Shown here: piece after piece, positions 18,534 through 28,241 of the stretch
Numbering within the stretch: position 1 is the first letter of the stretch
Layout of the letters: each line of letters starts with the position of its first letter
Origin: an uncultured Nitrospinota bacterium
Lineage (GTDB): Bacteria; Tectomicrobia; Entotheonellia; J063; CAVPRW01
Assembly (NCBI GenBank): GCA_963707985.1
Contig: CAVPRW010000010.1
Location: 32,001-96,000 of the forward strand
Direction of reading: 5' to 3'
DNA length: 64,000 bases
Notes under the pieces: generated by a model
Database searches by the model: none
What the model was told of the DNA's origin: nothing
What the model saw: only the letters and a program-made list of their open reading frames with translations
Position numbers and translations under genes: made by a program

Positions 18534-19823
18534 TTATTTTGACGTCACCTGGGCTGACGGGGCCAACGTCGCGGAAGGTGGGGCACCGTCGGTTTGGTCG
18601 GCGGACTTCGGCTGGACCATCATTCCCGGCTGCACCTTCTGCAGTCCCTCGGTGATCACCCGCTCAGCCGCTTGCACACCCTTGTCGATCACGCGCATAC
18701 TTTGATACACCGGGCCCGCCACGATACTACGCTTTTCCACCTTGTTGTCCGGTCCCACGACTAGCACGAACTGTCCACCCTGGTCCTCCCCCACCGCCTG
18801 ACCCGGCACCAAAAGCGCATCAGATTTTTGCGCCACCAGTATGCGCACCCGGCTGTATTGGCCTGGCAGCAAGGTCTTCTCAGGGTTGGGGACGACAGCA
18901 CGCATTTTCAGCGTGGCTGTGGCGCTGTCCATGGTGTTGTTGAGAAAGTCGACCTTGCCCTGGTGCGGGTGTGTGCTTTGGTCCGCGAGTACGACGGTGA
19001 CCGGCAGCTCCCCCCGCTGCTGATGCTGGACGATTTGCGGCAATTCACGCGAGCTGGCGCTAAAGTATATGTATATCGGATCGAGCTGGACGATGGACGC
19101 CAGCACCGTGTTCTCACCGGGGCCGACCAGGTTACCAATGTCGATCAGCGCTCGTCCGATGCGCCCGTTCAACGGCGCGCGAATGGTGCAATAGCTCAGG
19201 TTGAGCTTCGTTTGAGTGATGGCAGCGCGATCGGCCTTGATCGCCGCCGCCGCTTGGTTGATGGCTGCCTGATCAACGGTGATCGCGGCTGCCGCCTGGT
19301 CTGCCAGGGTACGAAAGTTGTCGAACGCCTCTTTGGTCACGAACTCCTGCTCGGCGAGCGGACGATAGCGCTCCACTTGCTCACGGGCGAAGGCCAGGCT
19401 GGCTGTATCCTTCACCAGCTGCGCTTGTGCCCCGACCAGGGCAGCCTCATCTCTGGAGAGTTGTGCCTGGGCTTGTTCGAGGGCGGCTTGGAACGGGCTG
19501 GGATCGATGACGAACAGGAGATCGCCGTCTTTCACGTCGGCACCCTCGATAAAGGCACGTTTCTGCAGAAACCCCTCAACTCGGGCGCGAAGATCGACCG
19601 ACCGTACCGCCGCAGTGGAGCCGATGTAATCCAGGTAAACAGGGATGGTCTGCTGCGTCACTGCTGCCACTATGACGCTCGGCGGCGGGGGGGCCGACCT
19701 CTCCTGAGCCGCTTGCTGGCGCCCACAGCTCGCGAGCCCAACAAGCATGAGTCCGACGGTGCATACGAGGCGCCCAGTGCCCTTCCAGAGCCCCTTCTGC
19801 TCACGGCTTCTCATGTTGTGCAT
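18534..19823 (-). CDS. RND periplasmic adaptor (MFP) lipoprotein
   Basis: Lipobox LASC; VDLRARVEG, LSYCTIRAPLNGRIG and LLPGQYSRV. Confidence 0.9.
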   Translation of the reverse strand: MHNMRSREQKGLWKGTGRLVCTVGLMLVGLASCGRQQAAQERSAPPPPSVIVAAVTQQTIPVYLDYIGSTAAVRSVDLRARVEGFLQKRAFIEGADVKDGDLLFVIDPSPFQAALEQAQAQLSRDEAALVGAQAQLVKDTASLAFAREQVERYRPLAEQEFVTKEAFDNFRTLADQAAAAITVDQAAINQAAAAIKADRAAITQTKLNLSYCTIRAPLNGRIGRALIDIGNLVGPGENTVLASIVQLDPIYIYFSASSRELPQIVQHQQRGELPVTVVLADQSTHPHQGKVDFLNNTMDSATATLKMRAVVPNPEKTLLPGQYSRVRILVAQKSDALLVPGQAVGEDQGGQFVLVVGPDNKVEKRSIVAGPVYQSMRVIDKGVQAAERVITEGLQKVQPGMMVQPKSADQTDGAPPSATLAPSAQVTSK

Positions 19824-21324
19824 ACCCCCTCGCAGCGGTCTTGCTGGCGCCCGCCTTGGAAGCGGCTGCCGGTAGCTCCGCTCCGATGGCGTGTACGAGC
19901 TCGGCGTAGGACGTAAACAGGTTGGTCTGCGCTTGCACCCGTTGCACCCGTGCCCTGGCGAGCTGACTCTGGGCGTTGAGCAGCTCCACGATGTCTCCCA
20001 CCCCAGCACGATAGCGTGCCATGGCGGCCTCATAGGCCCGGGTCGAGCTGGCCAAGAGGGTTTGACTGGCCTCGATTTGCCGTGTGGCGGTGCGAAAGTT
20101 GTAGTACGCGGCCCAGACATCGGACACCACGGCTTGCACCTGCAGCTGCAAGGCGGCGCGGGCAGCCTCTAGCTGGGCCCGAGCCCCACGTACGGCATTG
20201 AGTAAGGCAAAACCCTGAAAGATAGGAACCTGCAGCTCAACTCCTGCGGCAAAGACAGAGTTTTCGGTGGCGAATGCGCCCCAGACTTTCTCGTGACCGG
20301 CGTTGCCGTTGGCCACGAGCTGAGGCCAGAGAGCTGCGGTGGTTTGACGTAGCTGCGCCTCCTTCTGTTGCACGAAGGCCCGCACCGCCGCCAGGTCTGG
20401 ACGATTCTGCTGCGCCTGCGCGATGAGCCCCTCGACGTTTTGTCCGATGGCATCGAGGGGCAACTCCTCGGGCGCGTCTGCCACTCCGAAGGCTGTATTG
20501 GCCGGCCAGCCGACAGCGGTAGCGAGCTGGCCATGGGATATCTCCACGGCACCTCGGTTGGTCTCGAGGACGACGCGCACTTGTGCCTCGTTAGCTTGCG
20601 CCTGCAGGACGTCCGCGAGCGTGCCCACACCCGCTCGTCGGCGCTCTTCCGCGGCCTGAAGGCTCTTTTGGGCTTCGGATAGGCTGGCCTCATCGGCCTG
20701 TAGTTGGGCCCTGGTACCGAGATAGCCATAGTAGGTTTGTGCCACGGTGCGCAGCACGTCCTGGATGGCTTGGTCATGATTCCAGTTGGCGTTAAAGAGA
20801 GCCTGCCTGGCGGCCTCTGCCTGTGCGCTGCGGCCACCGAAATCGAGGAGGAGGTAGCTGAGCGTCAGGGTGTTTTGGCTGATCGTTTGTGCGAAACCGG
20901 CCGCCCCGCTGGATGGACCTCCTTCGTTGCGCATACCGGACAGGGTGGCACTGATGGACGGATAGTAGTTGCCGCGAGCCTGGGCCCAGGCCGCCGCGGC
21001 TGCACGCGCCTACTCCCAGGCCTGTCGGGTAGTCGGGTTACTTTGCAGGGCAACATCGATGAACTGCGGCAGGCTCAGCTTGGCAGCATACGGTTCAAGG
21101 TCGGCTGGAATTCCCGGCAGTTGCTCGCTGGGCAGTGGACCTGTGCGCTGGTCAGGCCGTGGTTGCCAGGCTTGGCCAGGCGCAGACGGGACATATTGCA
21201 TCGGATTCCACTCGGGCAAGCTTTGCAGACATGCCGAGCACGCCATGGCAGCGACGAGCAATACACACGATATTCGACCACTGCGCGACAGCCAACACCG
21301 TAGAGCAGTGCGGTGAATCGCCAA
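19801..21324 (-). pseudogene. TolC-family outer-membrane efflux lipoprotein with an in-frame TAG (21010-21012)
   Basis: LSLPQFIDVALQSNPTTRQAWE*ARAAAA...YYP continues in the frame of ORF 19801-20934 (RYRAGVGDIVELLNAQ). The start position is approximate. Confidence 0.85.
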
Positions 21325-21567
21325 AGACTTGTCCGCCCCATATGCGTGATCGGTGTAGCTACTGGAATACTCCCAGTGGGACTCTAACGGGCAGTCACCA
21401 GTCGCTAGAGACTTGAGTCTACAATTTCGGACAGGCGCCGTCAAGAACGCAGTTGCTGGATGACGAGATTTCGTGAGGATGCTTGACACATGGACTGTGG
21501 GGCAGTATCCTCGCCCCACCCCGGGATGGCTCGGGCGATGGAGCCAACGCTGATAGGAGGCGGAACA

Positions 21568-22431
21568 ATGACCGTGCACTATGACCCTTCGAAGCACTAC
21601 GAGATCAAGGTCTGGGACGTTGAATACCGACGCGATCCAGTACGGACTCTGATGGCCCGCGTCTACCAACCTCAGGGTGAGGGGCCATTTCCAGTACTCC
21701 TGGACGTGCACGGTGGGGCCTGGAACGACCAGGATCGCACGGCGAATGCACCGGTGGACGAGCGGCTGGCAGCCAGCGGCATCCTGGTGGTGGCGATCGA
21801 TGTGCGTCTGGCCAGGGAAGCTCCATACCCAGGCTCAGTGACAGACGTCAACTATGGCATCCGCTGGCTGAAGGCGAAGGCTCACGAGTGGAACGGCGAG
21901 CCGGCGACGCTCGGCGCCCTGGGCAGCTCGAGCGGCGGCCATGTCCTTGAACTGTGTGCCATGCGGCCGCACGATGCCCGCTACACGGTGTATCCGCTGC
22001 CGGAAGCCTCCCACCTCGACGCTACGCTGAAGTATGTCATCGCGCGCTCGCCGATCAGCAACCCTCTCGCCCGCTACGAACAAGCGCAGAAGATGCAGCG
22101 GGCCACACTGATCACCAATAGCGAGCTCTACTTTAATCCGTGGGACAGCATTTTTGACGCGAATCCCCAACGTATCCTCGAGCGCGGTGAAGCGGTCAAT
22201 CTGCCGCCGATGTTCGTCCTGCAAGGCGAATTGGATGACAACGTGCTCCCCGCAGTGCAGGAGCACTTCGTGGCGACGTACCGGGCAGCGGGCGGTAAGA
22301 TCGACTACGAGGTCTTCCCGGGTGCCGAGCACCGCTGGATTATTCAGCCGGGGCCGCAGACGGACCGAGCTATTGACATGATCAAAGCTTTCATCGCTCG
22401 TCAGCTTCAGGCATTGCGCCCGGTGGGGTGA
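21568..22431 (+). CDS. HSL-family alpha/beta hydrolase (esterase/lipase)
   Basis: HGGAW, GSSSGG, QGELDD and GAEH triad intact; RBS AGGAGG. Confidence 0.88.
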   Translation: MTVHYDPSKHYEIKVWDVEYRRDPVRTLMARVYQPQGEGPFPVLLDVHGGAWNDQDRTANAPVDERLAASGILVVAIDVRLAREAPYPGSVTDVNYGIRWLKAKAHEWNGEPATLGALGSSSGGHVLELCAMRPHDARYTVYPLPEASHLDATLKYVIARSPISNPLARYEQAQKMQRATLITNSELYFNPWDSIFDANPQRILERGEAVNLPPMFVLQGELDDNVLPAVQEHFVATYRAAGGKIDYEVFPGAEHRWIIQPGPQTDRAIDMIKAFIARQLQALRPVG

Positions 22432-22610
22432 CCGAGGCCATGTCGCCGAAGCCTAGGGGAACGAAACCGTTCGGTGGCCAAATCGAAGGTCAACAGGTAG
22501 TTGTCCTGCCGCTGAAGCCCGATAGGTCTGGCGATTGTCTGGTGGCGGTAGAGGGCCACGCGGCGCTGAAGTTGTTAGGGGCGAGTCGCAGGGCGACCGG
22601 AGGTGACGGG

Positions 22611-22913
22611 ATGGTATTGAGCGAGCAAGATCACGGCCGCACGGTGAACGTGCGCACAGGAAGCCTGATCGCCGTGCGTCTGATAGAAAATCCTACGACC
22701 GGCTATCGCTGGATCGTCGAGTCCGTCGGGGGGCTCGATCCGGTGGGGGACCGCTTTGAAGCGGGCGTCGCGATTGGCGCGGCCGGCGTGCGGGTGTTTG
22801 AGTTCCGCGCCACGCGCCCAGGCACGCAGGTGATTTGCATGAAGAACGTGCACGCCTGGGAAGGTGCAGACTCTGCCGTAGCGCAGTTCGAGGCGACCGT
22901 GGTTGTGACGTAA
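22611..22913 (+). CDS. Chagasin-like (I42) cysteine-protease inhibitor
   Basis: ENPTTGYRW and GAAG motifs; RBS GGAGG; no signal peptide. Confidence 0.82.
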   Translation: MVLSEQDHGRTVNVRTGSLIAVRLIENPTTGYRWIVESVGGLDPVGDRFEAGVAIGAAGVRVFEFRATRPGTQVICMKNVHAWEGADSAVAQFEATVVVT

Positions 22914-23167
22914 GCGTGGGATCGCCAGCGACCTGGTGGGGTTACGCCTACGCCGCCACCATAGCGGGCGTGTCGCGTGCAGGCCTGGGCAAATTAGCTT
23001 CTCCTGAGGCGATCACCAGGTTTTGAAATCACTGCGCCATCTGCTGGCGATACTCGGGGGCTGATGATCTCGGGAGGAAACCAATGCCGCTTGTATCGAT
23101 TGATTGTGCAGAGTGTGTAGAGAAGACAAGTATGCCATCCTGAGCCGTGGCTGTAAGGTGGTTGGGA

Positions 23168-23590
23168 TTATTGGACGATGCTTCGGACCTGCAGCGTGAC
23201 GGCAAAGCGCTCAATAACAGAGGTCTCTCCTTCCCAATCGCGCCAGAGCTTGAAACGGAGCTGCATGGTGCCTGAGTGTTCCGCCTTCAGCGTGAACAAC
23301 CGTGTCCCGCCGCTGCCGAGGCCGCCGTCGGTGCCGCTCATATAGTCCACTCGCACAATTGTGACGATCTGATCATCTAGCTGCTCTACAGCCCATCGAA
23401 AGCCTGTGGTCGGGTTCTCAGCCAATGGGATGACGATGGTATTGCCTGGCCTGACCTCGACCGATTGTCCATTATCAGCGTGGGTAAGTGTTACGGTTGA
23501 CAGCTGTTCGACCTCTCGGTGATCACCCGGTGAATCTACCGCGCCGCATCCGCTCACAATCAGCAGAACCAGTGCAATGACCTCATACAT
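23168..23590 (-). CDS. Chagasin-like (I42) cysteine-protease inhibitor, predicted lipoprotein
   Basis: Lipobox VSGC; ENPTTGFRW, GSGG and WRDWE. Confidence 0.85.
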   Translation of the reverse strand: MYEVIALVLLIVSGCGAVDSPGDHREVEQLSTVTLTHADNGQSVEVRPGNTIVIPLAENPTTGFRWAVEQLDDQIVTIVRVDYMSGTDGGLGSGGTRLFTLKAEHSGTMQLRFKLWRDWEGETSVIERFAVTLQVRSIVQ

Positions 23591-23946
23591 TCCACTACGC
23601 TGGTACCGCGGCCCCCTCCCAAGAAAAAACCGTGACCAACTGTTACATGGTCCACGCTGTAGCAGAAGTCTTGTGATGTTGCAATGCACGACACCTCGCC
23701 GTTCGTGGGCAGGAGCCACTTAGTCAGGGAAGGATACGCTTGTGAAGAGAACAAGCCATCCCTCATAACAGGGTTGGGGGTTCGGAAGGGCAGCACCAGA
23801 GGCAGCCCTATATCAGCCGTCAGCGTGAAAAGATGTTGGACTCTTCATACCGACAATGGACACTCGCGACTGCTTGCGAGAGACGATCCAACATCTCCTC
23901 ACGGCATTGCCAATCATACTCGCTGACCCGATCGTTGCGGAGCTAG

Positions 23947-24222
23947 TCAACGAACAGCGCTTCCACCCCCAAGAGCCGGGATGAAATGCACCTCGCTGTC
24001 GGCACCGACGGGTTCCACAAGCCCTAGAATGGAGACCTCGCCATCCACAGCCACCGCGATGTGGGGTTTGAGGTCTTCATCCTCCACTAAGGCGTCCTCC
24101 ATCCCAGGATAGAGGGCCTCCAGCTGAGCGATGATTTGCCGCACAGTGGTGGCCTCGAGCGTGACTTCCTTCTCTCCCCGACTCAGGGATTGAAGTGGTT
24201 CCGGGATATACACGGTGGCCAT
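23947..24222 (-). CDS. MoaD/ThiS-family ubiquitin-like protein
   Basis: ATVYIPEPL...TVRQIIAQLEALYPG...VAVDGE...EVHFIPALGGGSAVR. Confidence 0.88.
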   Translation of the reverse strand: MATVYIPEPLQSLSRGEKEVTLEATTVRQIIAQLEALYPGMEDALVEDEDLKPHIAVAVDGEVSILGLVEPVGADSEVHFIPALGGGSAVR

Positions 24223-24226
24223 GGGA

Positions 24227-26566
24227 TCAATTCCCCGGTTGCTGCTTCGACAAGGCTTCCACGACCTTGCCAGGACTCATCGGCAGTTGACGCATGCGCG
24301 TGCCAGTGGCCCGATAAATGGCGTTGGCGATCGCCGCCATGGGTGGCACGATGGACACTTCACCGACGCCCCTGAGGCCGAACGGATGCCCGGGGTTGGG
24401 GACCTCGACGATGACCGTATCGATCATCGGTAAGTCGAGGCTCGTCGGCATGCGATAGTCCAGGAAGCTGGAGTTGAGCATCTCGCCCTTGTCATTGAAG
24501 ACGTACTCTTCGTTGAGCGCCCAACCGATGCCCTGGACGGCCCCACCCTGGATCTGCCCTTCCACGTAACTCGGATGGATGGCTTTGCCAGCGTCTTGCA
24601 GGGCGGTATAGCGCAAGATCTGGGTCTTGCCGGTCTCCGGGTCGACCTCCACATCGACGATATGCACTGCAAAGCCTGGGCCGGCGCCTCTCGGCGCCAC
24701 GTTGGCTCGGCCCACGATGGGACCGCCGGTAGCGTTCAATCGGCGCGCCAGCTCTTTGAACGTCATCCGCAGCTCTGGGTTCTTGCTGTACGTTAAGGTG
24801 CCGGCGTTGTATTCGACGTCTTCGGGCGCTACCTCCCAGATCTTCGCCGCCCGCTCGGTCAGCTGCCGCTTCACGTCCGTCGCAGCTTCGTAACACGCCC
24901 AACCGGTCTTGAACGTGGCGCTGCTGCCGCCGGTTTGAGAGGTAAACCCGACCGAGTCTGTATCGCCGATCGTCGGTTTGACGTCTGCATACGGCAGCCC
25001 TAGCACCTCTGCCACGTGCATGGCGGCTGCGGCACGGCTACCACCAATATCCACCGACCCTTCGATGAGACTGATGGTGCCGTCGGAATTGACGCTCGCG
25101 GTTGCACTGGCAGGACCCGTGTTATTGTGCCAGTACCCGGTGGCTACCCCGCGCCCCCGATTCGCGCCTTCGAGTGGCGTGCTATAGTGCGGGTGCGCCT
25201 TGGCCGCTTCGAGCGTCTCGATATAGCCGATACGTGGCAACCGCAGTCCGGTCACACGTCGCGTCCCCTCCTTGGCACCATTGAGCAGACGGAATTCCAG
25301 GGGATCCATGCCCAGCTTCTCACTCAGCTCATCAATCACGGACTCGGATGCGAAGGCCGCGGCTGGTGCACCTGGGGCGCGGTAGGCAGCGGACTTCGGC
25401 CGGTTCACCAGCACGTCATAGCCCTCGACGCGGGCATTGGGGATGTCATACGGGGCCAACATGCATTGCGAACCGGGGTTCACCGGTGAGCCTGGAAAGG
25501 CCCCAGCCTCATAGATCAACGTGGCGTCGGCGGCAGTGATCCGCCCATCTTTCGTCGCGCCGATCTTCACACGGGTATGCGTCCCAGATGTCGGACCCGT
25601 GCCTTGGAATACTTCGGTCCGGCTCATGGCAAGCTTCACAGGGCGCCCGGTTTTCTTCGACAACAGCGCAGCGACCGGCTCGAGATAGATCAACGTCTTT
25701 GCTCCAAAGCCGCCGCCGATCTCCATCGGGATCACTTTCACTTTGGAGACCGGTAGGCCCAGGATACGGGAGGCCTGGTCCCGGATGGCAAAATGGCCCT
25801 GGCTGCTGCACCAGATCGTCAGGCTGCCGTCGGCGCTCCACAGCGCCGTGGCGCTCTGTGGCTCGATGTACCCCTGATGTACGGCTGCCGTGTGGAACTC
25901 GCGTTCGACGATGACGTCCGCGTCGCGGAATCCCTGCGCCACATCGCCGATCTCGAAGACAAAGTGATTGGCGACGTTGGTGCCTTTGCCGGGGTCGTCT
26001 TCTTCGCGCAGGCCACCCGGACGAATATTGGGGTTCTCCAGCGGCATGAGGCGCTCATGCAGGATGGGCGCATCTTCACGCATCGCGTCCTGCGCGGTCA
26101 TCACCGCCGGTAAGACCTCATAGTCCACAGTGATGAGCGCCGCGGCCTCTTCCGCGATGTGCCAGCTGGTTGCCGCCACGGCTGCGACCGCGTGCCCTTT
26201 ATAGAGCACCTTGTCCCTGGCCAGACAGTTGTTGCTCATGAAGCGTGGGTTGATCATCGCCCCTTCGCCGAGGTCGGTCACTTTGCCTGAGGGTTGGGGC
26301 AACTCCGCCGACGTAATTACGGCCTTGACACCGGGGAAGGTCAACGCGCGGCTGATATCGATGTTCTTGATCCGAGCGTGGGCATGCGGGCTGCGCAGGA
26401 TCTTGCCGTACAAAAGGCCTGTGAGTCGCACGTCGGCCCCGTACTGTGCCCGGCCCGTGACCTTGTCCGTGCCGTCGGGGCGGATGGGCCGAGTGCCGAT
26501 AACGGAGTATCCGTTCGTTGAACTTTCTGGCTTCTCGATGACTGGGGTGACCTGGGATACACTCAT
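24227..26566 (-). CDS. Xanthine dehydrogenase/CoxL-family molybdopterin-binding subunit
   Basis: DKVTGRAQYGAD, LRSPHAHARI, IGGGFGAK, AYRAPG, EGQIQGGAVQGIG and RGVGE. The active-site loop is not the form I CODH AYxCSFR. Confidence 0.92.
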   Translation of the reverse strand: MSVSQVTPVIEKPESSTNGYSVIGTRPIRPDGTDKVTGRAQYGADVRLTGLLYGKILRSPHAHARIKNIDISRALTFPGVKAVITSAELPQPSGKVTDLGEGAMINPRFMSNNCLARDKVLYKGHAVAAVAATSWHIAEEAAALITVDYEVLPAVMTAQDAMREDAPILHERLMPLENPNIRPGGLREEDDPGKGTNVANHFVFEIGDVAQGFRDADVIVEREFHTAAVHQGYIEPQSATALWSADGSLTIWCSSQGHFAIRDQASRILGLPVSKVKVIPMEIGGGFGAKTLIYLEPVAALLSKKTGRPVKLAMSRTEVFQGTGPTSGTHTRVKIGATKDGRITAADATLIYEAGAFPGSPVNPGSQCMLAPYDIPNARVEGYDVLVNRPKSAAYRAPGAPAAAFASESVIDELSEKLGMDPLEFRLLNGAKEGTRRVTGLRLPRIGYIETLEAAKAHPHYSTPLEGANRGRGVATGYWHNNTGPASATASVNSDGTISLIEGSVDIGGSRAAAAMHVAEVLGLPYADVKPTIGDTDSVGFTSQTGGSSATFKTGWACYEAATDVKRQLTERAAKIWEVAPEDVEYNAGTLTYSKNPELRMTFKELARRLNATGGPIVGRANVAPRGAGPGFAVHIVDVEVDPETGKTQILRYTALQDAGKAIHPSYVEGQIQGGAVQGIGWALNEEYVFNDKGEMLNSSFLDYRMPTSLDLPMIDTVIVEVPNPGHPFGLRGVGEVSIVPPMAAIANAIYRATGTRMRQLPMSPGKVVEALSKQQPGN

Positions 26567-27106
26567 GCGGATTCCACCTCCATCCGTGTCACTGCCTATG
26601 GACCATGCCTGTGCCAGCTTCAGTCGTGGCCCAGGCCATCCGGTAGCGAAATGTTAGGCCATTGTATCACGGTCTGCATCTGAGAGGAAAGCGCTTCTTG
26701 CCGATGCCCTCTCCGATCGGGAGAGCGCTGGGGTGTGGGGTGGTTTCCCTGACGGGGATCAGCCCGTAGGGCGAGTGGCGCGCGGTGCGCATCGGGTTTA
26801 TCCTGACGGTGCGGGTGGTGCTGGCGGTGTGTCGGGATCAACGGTTGGCGGCCATGGACACGACCGTCCGCAGGGGGCCGCTCACCTAGTCTGTGTGCGT
26901 GCCCCCGCGCCAGGGGGAGATGCTGTACCACAAGCTGGGGAGCCAGCAATGGACCGTGCACATCCGAGAGTGGGTAGTGTCCCAACCTAGGCCTCACATC
27001 ACGAGCCCATGACCATTCTGGCCCATGGCTTTGGGGTGGCGAGGCCCTCTGGTGGCACCAGCACCCTGCCGGCGCGTGTTCATCAGGCTCCACGCACAAT
27101 GATCTC

Positions 27107-28102
27107 TTATCGCGCCGGATGAGCCAAATCCTTACGAATCATTTCAATGATCTCAAGCGTTACCTGCAGGGAGTACAGTTCGTCCTCGGCTGACACCATA
27201 CGCTCGGCTTGATGGGTGGCGCAGTCGAGCAGGTGTTTGATCTCGAGCTTGAGCGGGTTGTCCTTATGCACAAAAATGCGCTCGATCAAGGCTTCTTGCT
27301 TATAGCGCAACTCGCCACGCCCGAGGCGATGCTCGGAGGAGCCCTGTCGGTAAATGCGAATATCCTGATCGGTGTAATTGAGCAACACGTATTCTTCGCG
27401 CTGCGTGACTGCCAGCGTGCGGATCTTCTCCTGGGTCGCCCGACTGGCGGTGATCGTGGCCAAGCAGCCGTTGGCAAACCAGAGCTGCACGTTCGCTACA
27501 TCTTCGACCTCGGATGATACCGCAGCCCCTACGGCGCTGATACGATGGGCGCGGGAGCCCACGAGGTTGAGCACGATGTCAAGGTCATGAATCATGAGGT
27601 CGAGTACGACCCCATCGTCCTTGACTCGTGATTGGAAGGGGCCCAGACGCCGGCACTCGATGAGGATCGGGTCTCTGACGATGTTTTTCAGCTCCTGCAC
27701 CGCACCGTTGAAACGTTCCACATGCCCTACGTGCAGCATAACCCCACGTTGCTCAGCTAACTCGAACAGTTCCTCGGCTTCCGCCAAGGTTGGCGCAATC
27801 GGTTTCTCGATGAGCACATGCACGCCAGCTTCAAGGAATTCACGGGCAACCTCAGCATGCAGCACTGTGGGCACGGCGATACTGACCACATCGACCTCGC
27901 CCAGGAGATCGCGATAATCCGTGAGAGCCGTGGTGTTGTATGTCTCTGCCAGAGCCTGAATGTGCTTGGGGTCGATGTCGACGATGCCCACCAGTTCGAC
28001 TTGTGGGATCTCGGCGAGGACACCGACATGATATCGCCCCATCTGACCAACCCCAACCACACCCGCTCGTACCGGACGAGTTTTTTTCCGTCTGAGATGC
28101 AC
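27107..28102 (-). CDS. Gfo/Idh/MocA-family oxidoreductase
   Basis: GVVGVGQMG, HVLIEKPIA, VGHVERFN and DLMIHDLD; RBS GAGGAGG before GTG 28102. Confidence 0.9.
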   Translation of the reverse strand: MHLRRKKTRPVRAGVVGVGQMGRYHVGVLAEIPQVELVGIVDIDPKHIQALAETYNTTALTDYRDLLGEVDVVSIAVPTVLHAEVAREFLEAGVHVLIEKPIAPTLAEAEELFELAEQRGVMLHVGHVERFNGAVQELKNIVRDPILIECRRLGPFQSRVKDDGVVLDLMIHDLDIVLNLVGSRAHRISAVGAAVSSEVEDVANVQLWFANGCLATITASRATQEKIRTLAVTQREEYVLLNYTDQDIRIYRQGSSEHRLGRGELRYKQEALIERIFVHKDNPLKLEIKHLLDCATHQAERMVSAEDELYSLQVTLEIIEMIRKDLAHPAR

Positions 28103-28241
28103 CGTCCGCCTCCTCCTCTGATCGCTACAGCCGCTCATTCTCAACCGGTCGCCTGCTACCTGCCGTCTACCAGCCGTCCACGAGGGCGCGCCCTGGAGTC
28201 CTGTAACATAACATAGATCGCGACTACCGGGTATCGACGCT

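Noticed and set aside
18123..21012. Two in-frame TAGs as pyrrolysine or amber reassignment
   Set aside because: Many intact genes in the window end in TAG, and the same permease also has a frameshift.
24227..26566. Aerobic CO dehydrogenase (form I CoxL)
   Set aside because: The active-site loop is AYRAPG rather than AYxCSFR, and there are no coxMS or accessory genes.
26620..27100. ORFs or an IS remnant between the oxidoreductase and Mo-enzyme genes, and a TGGCAC as a sigma54 site
   Set aside because: No family motif was recognised, and the -12 GC is missing at the required spacing.
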